Origin: Camelus ferus
Lineage: Eukaryota
Direction: 5' to 3'
DNA: 64,000 bases
NCBI RefSeq assembly: GCF_009834535.1
Contig: NC_045698.1
Location: 11,534,001-11,598,000, forward strand
The notes under the pieces were generated by a model. That model saw only the letters and a list, made by a program, of their open reading frames with translations, had not been told where the DNA came from and did not search any database. A program made the translations under genes and the position numbers. Shown here piece after piece: positions 52,392 through 64,000 of the stretch. The number at the start of each line of letters is the position of its first letter. The first letter of the stretch is position 1.

Positions 52392-53745
52392 CACAAAACC
52401 AAAAAGATCCTCACAAAAATTAACTCAAAATGGATTAAAGACTTAAATGCAAAACCTGAAACCATAAAATTCCTGGAAAAAAATGCAAGAAAAGAAAATC
52501 TCCTTGACACTGGTCTTGGCGATGATTTTATGGATATGGCACCTAAAACACAAGCAACAAAAGCAAAAATGAACAGGCGGGACGGCATCAAAGTGAAAAG
52601 CTTCCACACAGCAAAGGAAGCAGCCAACAAAATGAAAAGGCAACCTACAGAACGGTAGAAAACATCTGCCAACCATGTATCTAATAAGGGTTAAGGTCCA
52701 AAACATATACAGAACACATACAACTCAGTAGCAAAAAACAAAAATCAAAACCCAAACAAACAAAAAACCCGTAGACAATCCAATTCAAAAAAATGAGGAA
52801 AGGACCTGAATAGACATTTTTTTCCAAAGAAGACATACAAACAGCCAACAGTATCATGGAAAGGTGCTCAGCATCACTAATCATCAGGGAGATGCTAATC
52901 AAAACCACAGTGAGACACCAGCTCACACCTGTCAGAATGGCTACCATCAAAAAGGCAAGAGAGATCACAAGTCCTGGTGAGGATGTGGAGGGAAAAAAAA
53001 CCCACGTACACTTTGAGTGGGAATGAAAATTGGTGCAGCCACTACGGAAAACAGTATAAAGTTTCCTCAAAAAATTAAAAATAGAACTACCATATATGAT
53101 TCAGCAATTCCACCTCTGGGTATTTATCTGAAGGAAATGAAATTATTATCTTAAAGAGATAGCTGTACCCACAATGTTCATTATAGCTATCCACAATAGC
53201 AAAGACATGGAAACAGCCTTCAACAGATAAATAAAGAAAAGTGGTATATAGATAAATATGTGTGTGTGTGTGTGTATAATAAAAAAGAGGGATATACTGC
53301 CATTTGTGACAACAGGGCTGAATCTTGAGGGCATTGTGCTAAGTAAAATGCCCGACAGAGAAAGATAAATACTGTATGATATCACTTATATGTAGAAACT
53401 AAAAAAAAAAAAAAATGAACTCATAGAAACCAGGGACAAGTTTGTGGTTGCCAGAGGAAGGGGGTTGTGGGGTAAGGCAAATGGGTGAAGGCTGTTAGAT
53501 GGTACGACCTTTCAGTTATAAGACAGAGAAGTTCCAGGGATGTAATGTCCAACATGGTGACTATGGCTGTCAATACTATACTGCATATTTGAAAATTGCC
53601 AACAGAGTAGATCTTAAGCGTTCTCATCACAAGAAAACTGTTGTAATTACTTGAGGTGGTGGATGTTTAAGTAAACTTACTGTGGTGATCAGATCCCAGT
53701 ATATACATATGTCAAATCATTACATCGTACACCTTAAACTTACAT
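52392..53745 (+). mobile_element. L1MA9-like 5'-truncated L1
   Basis: cacaaaaattaactcaaaatggattaaagacttaaatg...; 3' UTR gagtagatcttaagcgttctcatcac...gtacaccttaaacttaca. Confidence 0.85.
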
Positions 53746-53899
53746 TCACATTTCATTCCATCTCTGCTTTCCCTGTGTCTGGCCCCTAACCTGATGTCTT
53801 GCAGCCTTCCATTGTCTTCTGGGTTTTCATCTTTCTACCTGTCCCTCCGGATTGTGACCTTATGTGTTTTCATTGCCTTCCACAAAGGGTTGTGATGAG

Positions 53900-54374
53900 A
53901 AAACAGCTTTTTGGGGATTGCTGTCTGGGCGTCTTGCAGTATGAAACCCTGTTCACATCCAGAGTCTGGACATTTAGATAAGGACTCAAGTTTAGGATTC
54001 CCACTCCAAGTTCCCACTTTGCTTTTCCTAGGACACTTTTAAAAACAGCCACTTAGATGTGAGCCCATGAAGTGTTAGTGCCCTCCACCTCAACCGCCTT
54101 GTCAGCGATAGGTGCCTGCTGCCCTGCTCTAGCCTGTTCTTGCTCCCTCATGATCAGGGACAGAGGACTGCATCTTCCTCCAGCTCATTGCCCCATTCCT
54201 GGGATCTGTAAGTAATAAATCTTGTGGCTTGACTTCCTCTGAGCAAGTGTATTTATACTGCCAAACGCCCCGGGGGTTTTCACTTCCCCAAAGTGGGAGC
54301 TTGGATGCTGAGAGTTACCTGCTCACCCTGTGTGGATGGCTTATAACTCCTCATTAAGCCGGTCATACTCAGCA
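53900..54374 (+). mobile_element. ERVL-class (MER73/74/54-group-like) LTR remnant
   Basis: ctgggatctgtaagtaataaatctt polyA region resembles this LTR group; the segment ends in CA. Confidence 0.45.
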
Positions 54375-54959
54375 TGTGCTTAATTTAATGCACCAGCTGC
54401 AATTGCCTCCCTCCTCCCCCACACACGGGGTGTCTCTTTTTCTTGACTCAGGGTCCTTATTACTCATCCCATCCGTATGTCTCTCTGACACGCCTCACCA
54501 CACTTCCCCAAGGCCAGCACCAGCAGACAGTACCTCTCACTCCCAGGGTATGTCATATCTTCTCTGGCTTTTATGCTCAAATGTTGGATATTTCGTATTC
54601 TGGTACAAGTGATGACCGGAATGACAAAAACACACTGCAATTTACCAGTGAGTGACTGTTGGCTGACTCCTTTGAAAGTATGATGGTGCTGAGTGCCTAT
54701 TACCATTTAATCTATTCATTCTATGTGAAAATATCTTTAAGGTAAGAAAGTCTTTGAGAGCAGTGAGACCTAATGTGTAACCATCCCAGTGGCTTTTGAG
54801 TGAACGTTCGGCCTGAATTAGAGGCCCTTTTTTTTTTTTTTTTTTTTAGTTTTTTAATTTAATTTAATTTAATTTTAGATGTTTTTGCTTTTCTTAAACA
54901 TTTTATTTTTTGTGTATTTTTATCTATTTATTATTGTATTATTATTTTATTTTGACAAA

Positions 54960-55065
54960 GGGGGAGATAATTAGGTTTATTTATTTTTAGAGGAGGTACT
55001 GGGGATTGAACCCAGGACCTCATGCATGCTAAGCATGTGCTCTACCACATGAGCTATACCCTCCC
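54960..55065 (-). mobile_element. camelid tRNA-derived SINE (Vic-1 type)
   Basis: ggaggtactggggattgaacccaggacctcatgcatgctaagcatgtgctctaccacatgagctataccctccc is the reverse complement of the SINE at 36833. Confidence 0.92.
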
Positions 55066-55069
55066 TTCC

Positions 55070-55785
55070 TTTTTTTAGTATTTTTTTTTTAATTGAAGTA
55101 CCATCAGTTTCAATGTGTCAGTTTCTGGTGTACAGCACAATGTCCTAGTCATGCACATACATACATATATTCATTTTCATAGTCTTTTTCATTAAAGGTT
55201 ACTACAAGATATTGAACATAATTCCCTATGCTATACCGAAGAAACTTTTTTAAAATCTATTTTTATATATAGTGGCTAACATTTGTAAATCTCAAACTCC
55301 CAAACTTATCCCTTCCCACCCCCTTTCTCTGGTAACCATAAGATTGTTTACTATGTCTGTGAGTCTATTTCTGTTTTGTAGACTGAATTCATAGTGTCCT
55401 TTTTTTTCTTCTTCTTCTTTTTTTTAGATTCTACATATGAGTGATGTCATGTGGTATTTCTCTTTCTGTTTCTGGTTTACTTCACTTAGAATGACGATCT
55501 CCAGTTCCATCCGTGTTGCTGCAAATGGCATTATTTTATTCTTTTTTATGGCTGAGTAGTAGTCCATTGTGTAAATATACCACAAATTCTTTATCCAGTC
55601 AGCTGTCAATGGACGTTTAGGTTGCTTCCATGTCTCGGCTATTGTATGTAGTGCTGCTATGAACATTGGGGTGCATGTATCTTTTTGAATTAGAATTCAT
55701 TCCAGATATATGCTCAGGAGTGGGATTTCTGGATCATATGGTAAGTCTATTTTTCATTTTTTGAGGCTGTTTTCCGTGATGGCTG
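55070..55785 (-). mobile_element. 5'-truncated cetartiodactyl/camelid L1 3' end
   Basis: aattgaagtaccatcagtttcaatg...ttgctgcaaatggcattattttattcttttttatggctgagtag...ggatcatatggtaagtctattttt. The minus-strand ORF 55424-55666 (MFIAALHTIAETWKQPK...) is the L1 ORF2 C-terminus. Confidence 0.9.
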
Positions 55786-57079
55786 GAGGCCTTTCTTACA
55801 ACACAGTTAAGATGCCTCCATAGAGACACTGTCAGTGTTGGCATTGGTGGGACGGGGAAGTTATCACAGTGCAGCAGCCCTCCTGGCAGTTCTTGGTGGG
55901 GTGTTGATTTGTCCCTGAGGCCAGTTCCTATGCCAACATTCTGTCACTTAGACTGTTGGTGAATTGTTCCAGAACAGGTCAAGCTATGCACACTTAGCAT
56001 CATTTTTGACTGTCAGGGGCAGTGCAATGAAAGGAACATTTGCTCTGGTCCAGGGACATAGGACAAAGGGAAGAGGAGATGAAGAGAAGCAGAGAAGCAG
56101 ACCAACAACTAAAATAGCTCAGCGAATGTCAGTAATGCAACATTCCAAAAATAGTCTATTGAGTTTTACTTTGAATAATGAGTGTGTCTGGAAAAGAGAA
56201 CTATTAAGGGCCATAAGCATTTACAGAAATGCTCCCATCCTAAAGAAATGAGGAATAGTTAGATGGGGCTATGGAGGATTATGCAGCAACAAATGTAGTC
56301 AGTTTCCATTATAATCTTCTATTTGGAATTGCATGTAACTCATTTGTGGTGCTGTTGGGTTTTGATACTGAGACAGATATACCCTGAGGTATATTTTATA
56401 AGCGAAGAAAATAAATAAGAGGGTTTTCCATAGATCTAAGAAAGGTTAATCCTTTTCAACTGAAAAGCTCCTATGCTTGCCTGTGGGACTTAGTAAATTT
56501 GGGTTTCCCTGAATAGTTTTTGGTTTTTTCCAATAAGTAAGTATAGCTAACTTCTATTTTAGGTAAATAATGTGAAGGTAAGATTTGAGAGATGTTAATT
56601 TTTATAGTAAGCCCATGACTGATTGGCAGTTTAGAGGAAAATAGGACAGGAAATGTGCAAAAGTAGTTCATGACTAACGGGAAGGGAGGAGAAAAATAAG
56701 AAGAAATAGAATAATAATGCCTTGGATTTTTACACTGCTTTAACATTTATAAAATACTTTTCTCACTGGGATATAGACTTCTTAAAAATAAGAAATTTGT
56801 CTTAATTAATGTTTGATTTCTCAATCCTTAACATAATGTCTGGCTGACAGTAGAATTCAGTAAGTATTAGCTACTTGAATATACCAAAGAGAAGCTGAAT
56901 GAAAGAATTCACTGTTTTAGTTAATTTTTGCTACAATCCTATAAGTTTGGATTTACTTTCTTGATTTACATTGAAGAATTTGAGACACAGAGAGAAGAAA
57001 TCTCTAAGATCACATGAGTCAATAGTAGAGACAGAATTCTAGACCCAGTTTTCTGCCCTTGGCCAGAATATTTTTTACA

Positions 57080-57642
57080 GAAACCTGTAAATATGATATA
57101 TTACATAGCAAAAGAGGCTTTACAGATGTAATTAAAATTAAGAATCTTAAAATTGGGATATTGTCCAAGATAATCTGATGGGTTTAATCTAATCACATGG
57201 GTCCTTCAAAGCAGAGAGCTTCCTCCAGCTGAAGCGAGAGGACGGCAACAGAAGGGAAAGTTGGAGAGATTCAGAGCATGGAAGACACTCAGCCCACCTC
57301 TGCTGGAGGGGCCACATGGAAATCCTGAGAAGCAATGCGGACATCCATAGGAGAAGAGACTGACCCTCAGCTGACAGCCAGAGAGGAAGTGAAGATTTCA
57401 GTCTTATAGTCACAAGGAACTGGATTTGACCAACAATTTGGTCAAAGTAGACTCAACTCTAAAACTTCCATATAAGAGTCCAGTCTTTCCATTACCTCGA
57501 TTTAGGCCTCATGAGACCCTGCACAGAGGTCTCTGTTGAGTCCACTGGACTTCTGACCCACAGAAACTGTGAGACAGTAAATGGAAGTGTTTTTAAGCCA
57601 ATATCTTTGTGGCAATTTGTTATGACAGCAACAGAAAATACT
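57080..57642 (+). mobile_element. MaLR MLT1D/E-like LTR
   Basis: gcaaaagaggctttacagatgtaattaa...gacttctgacccacagaaactgtgagacagtaaat...tttgttatgacagcaacagaaaatac. Confidence 0.8.
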
Positions 57643-58734
57643 GCAGCCAATGAAAGTCATGTGACCAAGCCGAAAGTCAGAGCTCAAGGGAGACAACTCT
57701 GTCTACCATTTGGCTGTGGCCAATCTTGAATGTAATACTAGAGGACAGGGAAAAACTGGAGCTGATTTTAAACTTCTCCAATAGAACTGAAGCAAAAGTA
57801 GAACACCGGCTGCGTAGAAGAAGTTTAGTTAAAATTATTAAGAGGTGGGGAGGCCATTGTTAAAACATTTCCCAAGAAGCAACAGCCCAGAAAGAAGAGA
57901 TATTTAAATAAGGTGTTAAACCAGAGGAGTCGTTGAGTGATTTTTGGCAAAGGTAGTTTTGACCAGCAACTGGGGTTGGGGTGGCCGTTTATAGTTTCCC
58001 CCAAAACAAGGGACTGTTTAGTGTGCGGTGTGGAGTGGAAGTTAGCACTGTAGGATTAATATGCTAGGTGGCATCCACGACTAAGGTTCCATTAGTCATT
58101 CACTTTTGTGTAGTTTGCCCCTTGAGATTTTCTCAGCAATTTATTAATGTATGTTTGTATTTCACAAAGTGGATTCTAAATATCCATGGCAAAAACCCCA
58201 AGAACTGTATGTCGTGCATGGTTATGGTCCTGCAGTGAGGAAAAGAGAATCTTCTCTTTTCTCTTGGATGGTAGTGGCATAAATTATTGTGATAGTATCT
58301 CCCAAGGGCCCAGGGATAAGCTGAAAATGGGTCCTTTGGGATTTTAAGGAGAGGATTATTTTTGGCCTTCTCTTATGTTCGGCCTTGCATCTATAATCCT
58401 GGCTGGCCAGGGCAATGAGTCACCTAGCAACCAGTGCTAAGGGTCCGGGTCCTGCATCTGCCAAGGACATGGAGTTAATAACTCTTCTCTAGGGAAATCT
58501 CGTTTGAAGACAACAGTTCACTATGGGTATGTGGCGGATAGTCTATATATAGCTCTCTGCTGGGCTGCTCAATTTTATCAGTTTACAAGACCCAGGGGAA
58601 TTCAAGATAAAGCAATCTATCTATCCCAAGATGGGCTCTCTTTATGTGTGGGGGGAATCTGTGTCCATTTCCACATCCAGGAAAAATGAGCTCCTGTGTC
58701 TGAGAAGCCATCTTCTCTAGTTAGGGGGATCTGG

Positions 58735-58910
58735 AGAGTAGTGGTTCAAGGTGTCAGATCCTGAGTGCACAGGAATCCCTGGCTCTCCTCCATCTTAACT
58801 GTGTGACTTTGGGTAAAGTCCTTCATCTCGCTAGACCTGATGTTATCAATTTGTAAACAGGGGCTATAATCCTACCCACCTCACAGGCAGGGAGCCGTTT
58901 TGAGGATCGA
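58735..58910 (+). mobile_element. MIR SINE
   Basis: gtagtggttcaagg...ctgtgtgactttgggtaaag...cctacccacctcacagg. Confidence 0.6.
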
Positions 58911-58939
58911 ATTGTAGCTGCTGCTGTCACGATTCAGGG

Positions 58940-59100
58940 TCAAACAGAATGTAATCTCCTGAATTGCAGGAGAAGAGGTTTAAGGTTGATATAAAAAGGT
59001 GCTTCCCAGAAGAAAGAGTTTCAAATCTTACAGTGAAAATTTATGGAAGCTCCTTCCACGAAGGTCTTTGAAAATAATCCCAACTATAAAATTATGTGAC
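58940..59100 (+). mobile_element. L3/CR1 3' fragment
   Basis: gcaggagaagaggtttaaggttgatataaaaagg...ctccttccacgaaggtctttgaaa. Confidence 0.45.
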
Positions 59101-59759
59101 AGATGTTTCTGGCCATTCAAGAATTTATATAGTCAAGTGACTGTCATCACCTCAAAGTTACCACCATGGGAATTTACACACTGAACCTAAAGATATTGCT
59201 TTTGGGCAAACTCTCTTTGCCCAAATACCTCATCACCGAGGCAGCCTTCAGAGAATGTAATGTACTCCTTTGACATTCCTTTATCGAGGACAGTTGTCAT
59301 CTTTGGAGGGCTGATGTGACTTAGAAACACCCAAAGAGTCGTTTAGAGCCAGTGAAGAGAGGTGGCTGTACAGTGAGAGAGAATCTAATAAGGCTCAAAC
59401 AAACACTTGCACTGACATTTGCAGACATCGGTTCTAAAGTATATGAATAGATTAGAAATGAAAGTAACTTCTTGTGGCCTATCATGTAAAGCTTTCGTTC
59501 CAGATGCATTGGAACTTGCCTTTCTTTCTTAGATGGCTGAAACACAATTGTCTACCATGATCTTTGTCCTTTGTGTTGAGTCTGAAATATTTCATAATAA
59601 AAATTCTCTTCAAAAGACTAATTTTGGAACTAAATAAAATAGAGCCATCTAGCTTTCCCCAAAGCCACCTCTTCTTAGCTTGTCTCAGGACCTCACACTA
59701 TTTTTCCCATTTCATGATTTGGTCACAAGCAGTCTCTTTAAGTCTTCCAGTTCCGTTCC

Positions 59760-61075
59760 CCACGTAAGGAGCTTGGAAGTTGCCGCCTCTGTCCTAACAT
59801 AGAGTAACAAGCTCAACAGACTGAAAAATCAGCAACTCTTCTTGGATCCATTAGAGGAGGGAGGGCACACGGCAAACTGCTGCTCTGGGTCTGGAGGGAC
59901 AAACAGGCGCATCCAGGGAGTGGAGGCTTCCCTGAGCAGAGACTCTGGGGTAGAAACAGCATGGGAACCAGTGGTTTAAGGCAGTCTTAAACCATAGTTG
60001 AAGAATTGCTGGAGGCTCAGTGCAGGAACTCCTGAGAGTTCAAAACTCCAGTGGGACCAAGTCATAAGGGGATGCTCACAATATTGTGAGATTTAACTCC
60101 AAGAGCTCAGCTGGATTCTTATCCTAAATAAATCCTCTTGGGGTTCCAGCAGGGGGAGGGGATGGGGAAAAATTTCAAAATCTGCCAGAGCATTCTGGTC
60201 TCCTTAACAAGGACTGCCCTCAGGGGAAGCTGGTTAACCAGAGCCTAACCTGCTGGGGCATTATCAGAGCTTGACTGATGAGAAGGAGGGAAATACCCAA
60301 CTCCTGCTGGCTCTAGTCACCCTGTCCGACCTAAAGGGGGAGAAAAAACTGAGAAACACTTGTGAAGTTCACAGCCGAGAGGCACAGACTCACTCCAAGA
60401 CTGAGACCCCATCACAGACTACAGATCCCTTCCCCTCTCCCTGCACCTCAGCAGCTCATTAGTAAAGGCTTATTTACAGAAGTTCCTTTTCCCCAGTACA
60501 AGATATCCAGCTATTAAAAAAGAAAAATATTCTGTAAGAAAAAAAATTACAAGGCATACCAAAAAGCATAAATAAATAAATAAATACATACATACCTCCA
60601 AACCAAAAACAAACAAGAAACTCCACCACAATTTGAAGACACAGAGCAAGCATCAGAACCAGACATGGCAGGGATGTTGAAATCATCAGACCAAGAATTT
60701 AAAACGACTATGATTAAGATGCTGAAGGGCTCGAATGGGTAAAGTAGGCAACATGCAAGACCAGGCGGGCAAAGTAAGCAGAGCGATAGAAATCCTAAGA
60801 AAAACAAAAAAGAAATGCTAGAGTTAAAAAAATATATATGATAATAGAAATGAAGACTGTCTTTGATGGGCTGATTAGTAGATTGGACACAGTTAAAGAA
60901 AGACTCTGAGAGCTGGAAGATATATCAATAGAGTCCTCGGAACCAAAGAACAAATAGAGCAAAGTTTGAAAACAGCCCAGAATACCCAAGGTCTGTGGAA
61001 CCACTGTAGAAGGTGTTACATCTGCATCATGGGAGTACCAGAAGAAGAAAGAGGGAAAGGACCAGAGTCTATTTA
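59760..61075 (+). mobile_element. old L1 (L1MC/L1MD-like) 5' UTR and decayed ORF1 start
   Basis: gtaaggagcttggaagttgcc...cagcaactcttcttggatccat; then ORF1-like atggcagggatgttgaaatcatcagaccaagaatttaaaac...atgggagtaccagaagaagaaagaggg. Confidence 0.75.
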
Positions 61076-61808
61076 ACTCTGTTAAATAGTAGCATTTCTA
61101 ATCTACCTCAAGATATGGATTCTGTCTACTTGAGGGTCACATTTCATCAGCGGGGACCCACATAACATACACTGATGAGTGCATATGATTGAAGTTTCCT
61201 CTCCCTTTGTGGTCAGAGTCTTGCTTTCCAACTGCAAGCAAATGGCACAGGACACACTCAGGATCCTAGTGGATATCCTCACAAATGTGAGTAAACTATC
61301 TGCGTGCCAAATCCTAGAAAGGTAACTGTCCTCTTGAACACTGGTGTGCCTACCGTTCTGGTGAAACAAGTTAGCAAAAGAGGGGCCCAGTGCAGGAGTA
61401 ATGAGGCAGATGGACTGGAAGAAAAATATAGAGTCCACAACAGGAAAGAATTTGGATGGAAAATCTCCAAGTTTTTCAGGGCCAAAAATTTCAGCCCTTT
61501 TCTTAGATCTACTTTTCTAGCACTCCTCCACCCCAGCACAGTCATTTTGTTCTGAAATCCACCAGGGAACTGTATCACCTCAGGGCCTGTGCTCCAGGGA
61601 AGGACCTCCCCCCCCACCATATACAGGAAAAGTAGATTCTTACACCTGGTCTTCTAAACCGTCTCTGGTGAGGCCACTGAAACAGAGTCTGGACAAGTGT
61701 ATCCTAGTGATTAATGATCTCAAGACCCTTGTCATCAGGCCAGCTGCAGAACTGTGGGGTAACCATTCTGTCCCAGTGCTGGCCCTCTGTCCTGGCTGAG
61801 CCTAGTCC

Positions 61809-62050
61809 TGTGTCTTAGGGTTCTTTAGAGAAAGAAAATCCATAGGAGATACATGTATATAAGTAATATTTATTATAGGAAGTTAGCTTACACGATTATG
61901 GAGGCCGAGACACCCCAAGATCTGCAGTTGGCAAGCTGGTGGTGTAGGTCTAGTCTGAGTCCAAAGGCCTGAGAACCAGGAGAGCCAAGTCTCTAAGTTC
62001 TAGTCCAAGGGCAGGAGAAGACCAATGTCCCAGCTCAACAATCAGGCTTC
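61809..62050 (-). mobile_element. ERVL MLT2-type LTR fragment
   Basis: tgtgtcttagggttctttagagaa...ggaagttagcttacacgattatggaggccgag...gagtccaaaggcctgagaaccaggagagcc. Confidence 0.8.
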
Positions 62051-62196
62051 TTCCCTCTCATTTCTCGTTCACCCTGCTCTGGGGGTCCACCTTCTGAAGT
62101 GTTTGTAGTCAATATCTTGTTGTAGATAGAGCCTAAATTGTTTACTAACCAGTACCCCCCTATGCAGACACTTGCTAAAGTTCTTCTTCACCTTCA

Positions 62197-62599
62197 TCAG
62201 TTCAGACTGGTATAACCAATACCACCCTGAGTAACATAAACAGTAAACTTATTTCTCACAGCTCTGGAGGCTGGGGGGGCCATAATCAAGGCAGCGGGCA
62301 ATTCAATGTCTAGTGAGAGCCTGCTTCCTGGTTTGCAGATGGGGCCTTCCTGCTGGGTCCTCACATGGCAGAAGGGGAGAGAGAAGGAGAGAGAGACAAG
62401 GAGAGAGAGAGAGGAGGGGAGAGAGAGCAAGCGAGAACTCGAATCTCATACAGTCTCTTCTTTTAAGAACATTCCCATCTCCTCATGGGGCCCCACCCAC
62501 ATGACTTCCCACAGGCCCCACCTTCTAATTCCATCACTTTGGGAGTTAACGGCTTCAACGTATGGATTTTGAGGGGAAAGAATCATTCAGTTCATGGCA
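62197..62599 (-). mobile_element. MaLR MLT1A/MST-like LTR
   Basis: ttatttctcacagctctggaggctggg...gagcctgcttcctggtttgcagatgg...cattcagttcatggca. Confidence 0.8.
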
Positions 62600-64000
62600 C
62601 CAGCCAATCTGAGTGGATATCATTCTTGATGAGAATCTTACGGGAGATGGATCTTATGGGAGGCGGGGTTCAGGGAAGCACAGCAGAGATCTCTGGGCTT
62701 AAGCGTCACCGACAGCCGGTGAAAGACTTTGGAGAGGCAGGGCCAGCTCTCAGTTCAAGGCATAAAGCCAAAGCAGAAACCAAGTTCTCTCTCTGAGTGG
62801 TGTCTGGATGTGTAACACACACATGCCCCTGGGCACAGATGGCAAACACTGGGCACAGACACTGCAGTGCCAGGAAATGGAGGCTTTTATCTTATACTTC
62901 TTCAGCTGGCTTTCATGTCTGATTATACAAAATAATTGCACCGCAAATTTTAAGTGCACAATGAATTCTGACTCTTGGCCTTGGTTCCTCTTGAAAATCA
63001 TCAGAAATTATTCTGTAATCAATATCACATAAACTCCCAAGAGAAATAAAGGCTCTCCCGTATGGAAGAGGAGATTATTTAGCATCTCTCAAAGCCAAGA
63101 CATCATCCGCTGCTTGCTTCATCGATTCTCTTCATCTCTTCTCCGTTGCCTGCTTATCTCCAATTCAAACCAGGAGAGGTGATCAGAGAAATCAGTGCTA
63201 GTGACAACTAGCAGCCCGCAATGGGATGTGTTTTCTCTGTCTCACTCTGATGCAGATGCATGGTGATTATTAAAAGCCCTCTGTGAGGAGGTTTATTCCC
63301 GATATTATCCTGAGACCAGAACAGGCAGCTTCACTTTGAATTATCTTCTCCTCCTTCAGATGCTGAAAACAATTCCTTTAAGCTAAGGAATCTCCACTGA
63401 CATCTGTCAGTTGAAAGGCCAGGCCTCCCACCTCTTCAAACACATAACGAGTGCTTCTTTTCCTTCAGAGTTGGTCAGTCAAGTTTGGCTCGTGAGAGTT
63501 AAAGTCGTTTCCCATCTCGGTAACCACATCTTTCTCAGTCTGTGGCCGGAGTGCTGAACAGCCAGAATGAGAGCCACAGAAATAACAACTGTTTGCAAAA
63601 CACCTTGATGATTACGAAACGTTCTTACATCAACTATTAACAATAACCTAAGTCTTCCAACCCACCTTTGTGTTGTGTGATCTAGCCAAAATGCCAACTC
63701 TGGGCAAACAATGTTTATTACATTATTTTTAACAGAAAAAAAAAAAAAATCCTAGCGTGATCTCAGTAAAATTCAGCAACTGTTCCCAAAGAAAAAAGGG
63801 GGAAAATAGCTCCAGGTACGTTTGATAGAAATCAAACTACCCAGAGTGAGGCACTGAATGTACATTACACAATGGAGATGCTATGAAAGTCGAAAGCATT
63901 GATTTTTCCAAGGCAGAACACTGGCTCCCCTATGCTGGGAGAACACCCTGATGCTCTGGTCTCCGGCTGGGAAGGATGAAGTGGAAAAGATTCGAGATCC

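Noticed and set aside
1..64000. Short ORFs (60-148 aa) in the six-frame track as protein-coding genes
   Set aside because: None resembles a protein family I recognise except decayed L1 ORF2 pieces. Many are antisense to L1/LTR or translate microsatellites. I saw no CpG island or coherent multi-exon structure.

Overview
Mammalian non-coding genomic DNA, either intergenic or deep intronic. It is very probably from a camelid (Camelus/Vicugna/Lama): it carries two copies of a tRNA-derived SINE of the camelid Vic-1 type and cetartiodactyl-type L1 3' ends. I recognise no protein-coding gene, processed pseudogene, rRNA, true tRNA, known ncRNA or CRISPR array. The short ORFs in the supplied track are incidental or lie in or antisense to repeats. 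Much of the window is decayed transposable elements (L1 of several ages, L2, L3/CR1, MIR, MaLR/ERVL/ERV1 solo LTRs, hAT MITEs) plus microsatellites. Repeat family names come from recalled consensus sequences, not from a search, so subfamily labels and boundaries are approximate. I did not find a convincing new biological system. The best observations concern TE architecture: a probable L1+SINE co-retrotransposed unit, a solo LTR embedded in a (CATAA)n array, a stack of hAT MITEs inside an L2, and a rearranged L1. There are also two small minus-strand segments with strong splice signals that could be exons of an unrecognised transcript.
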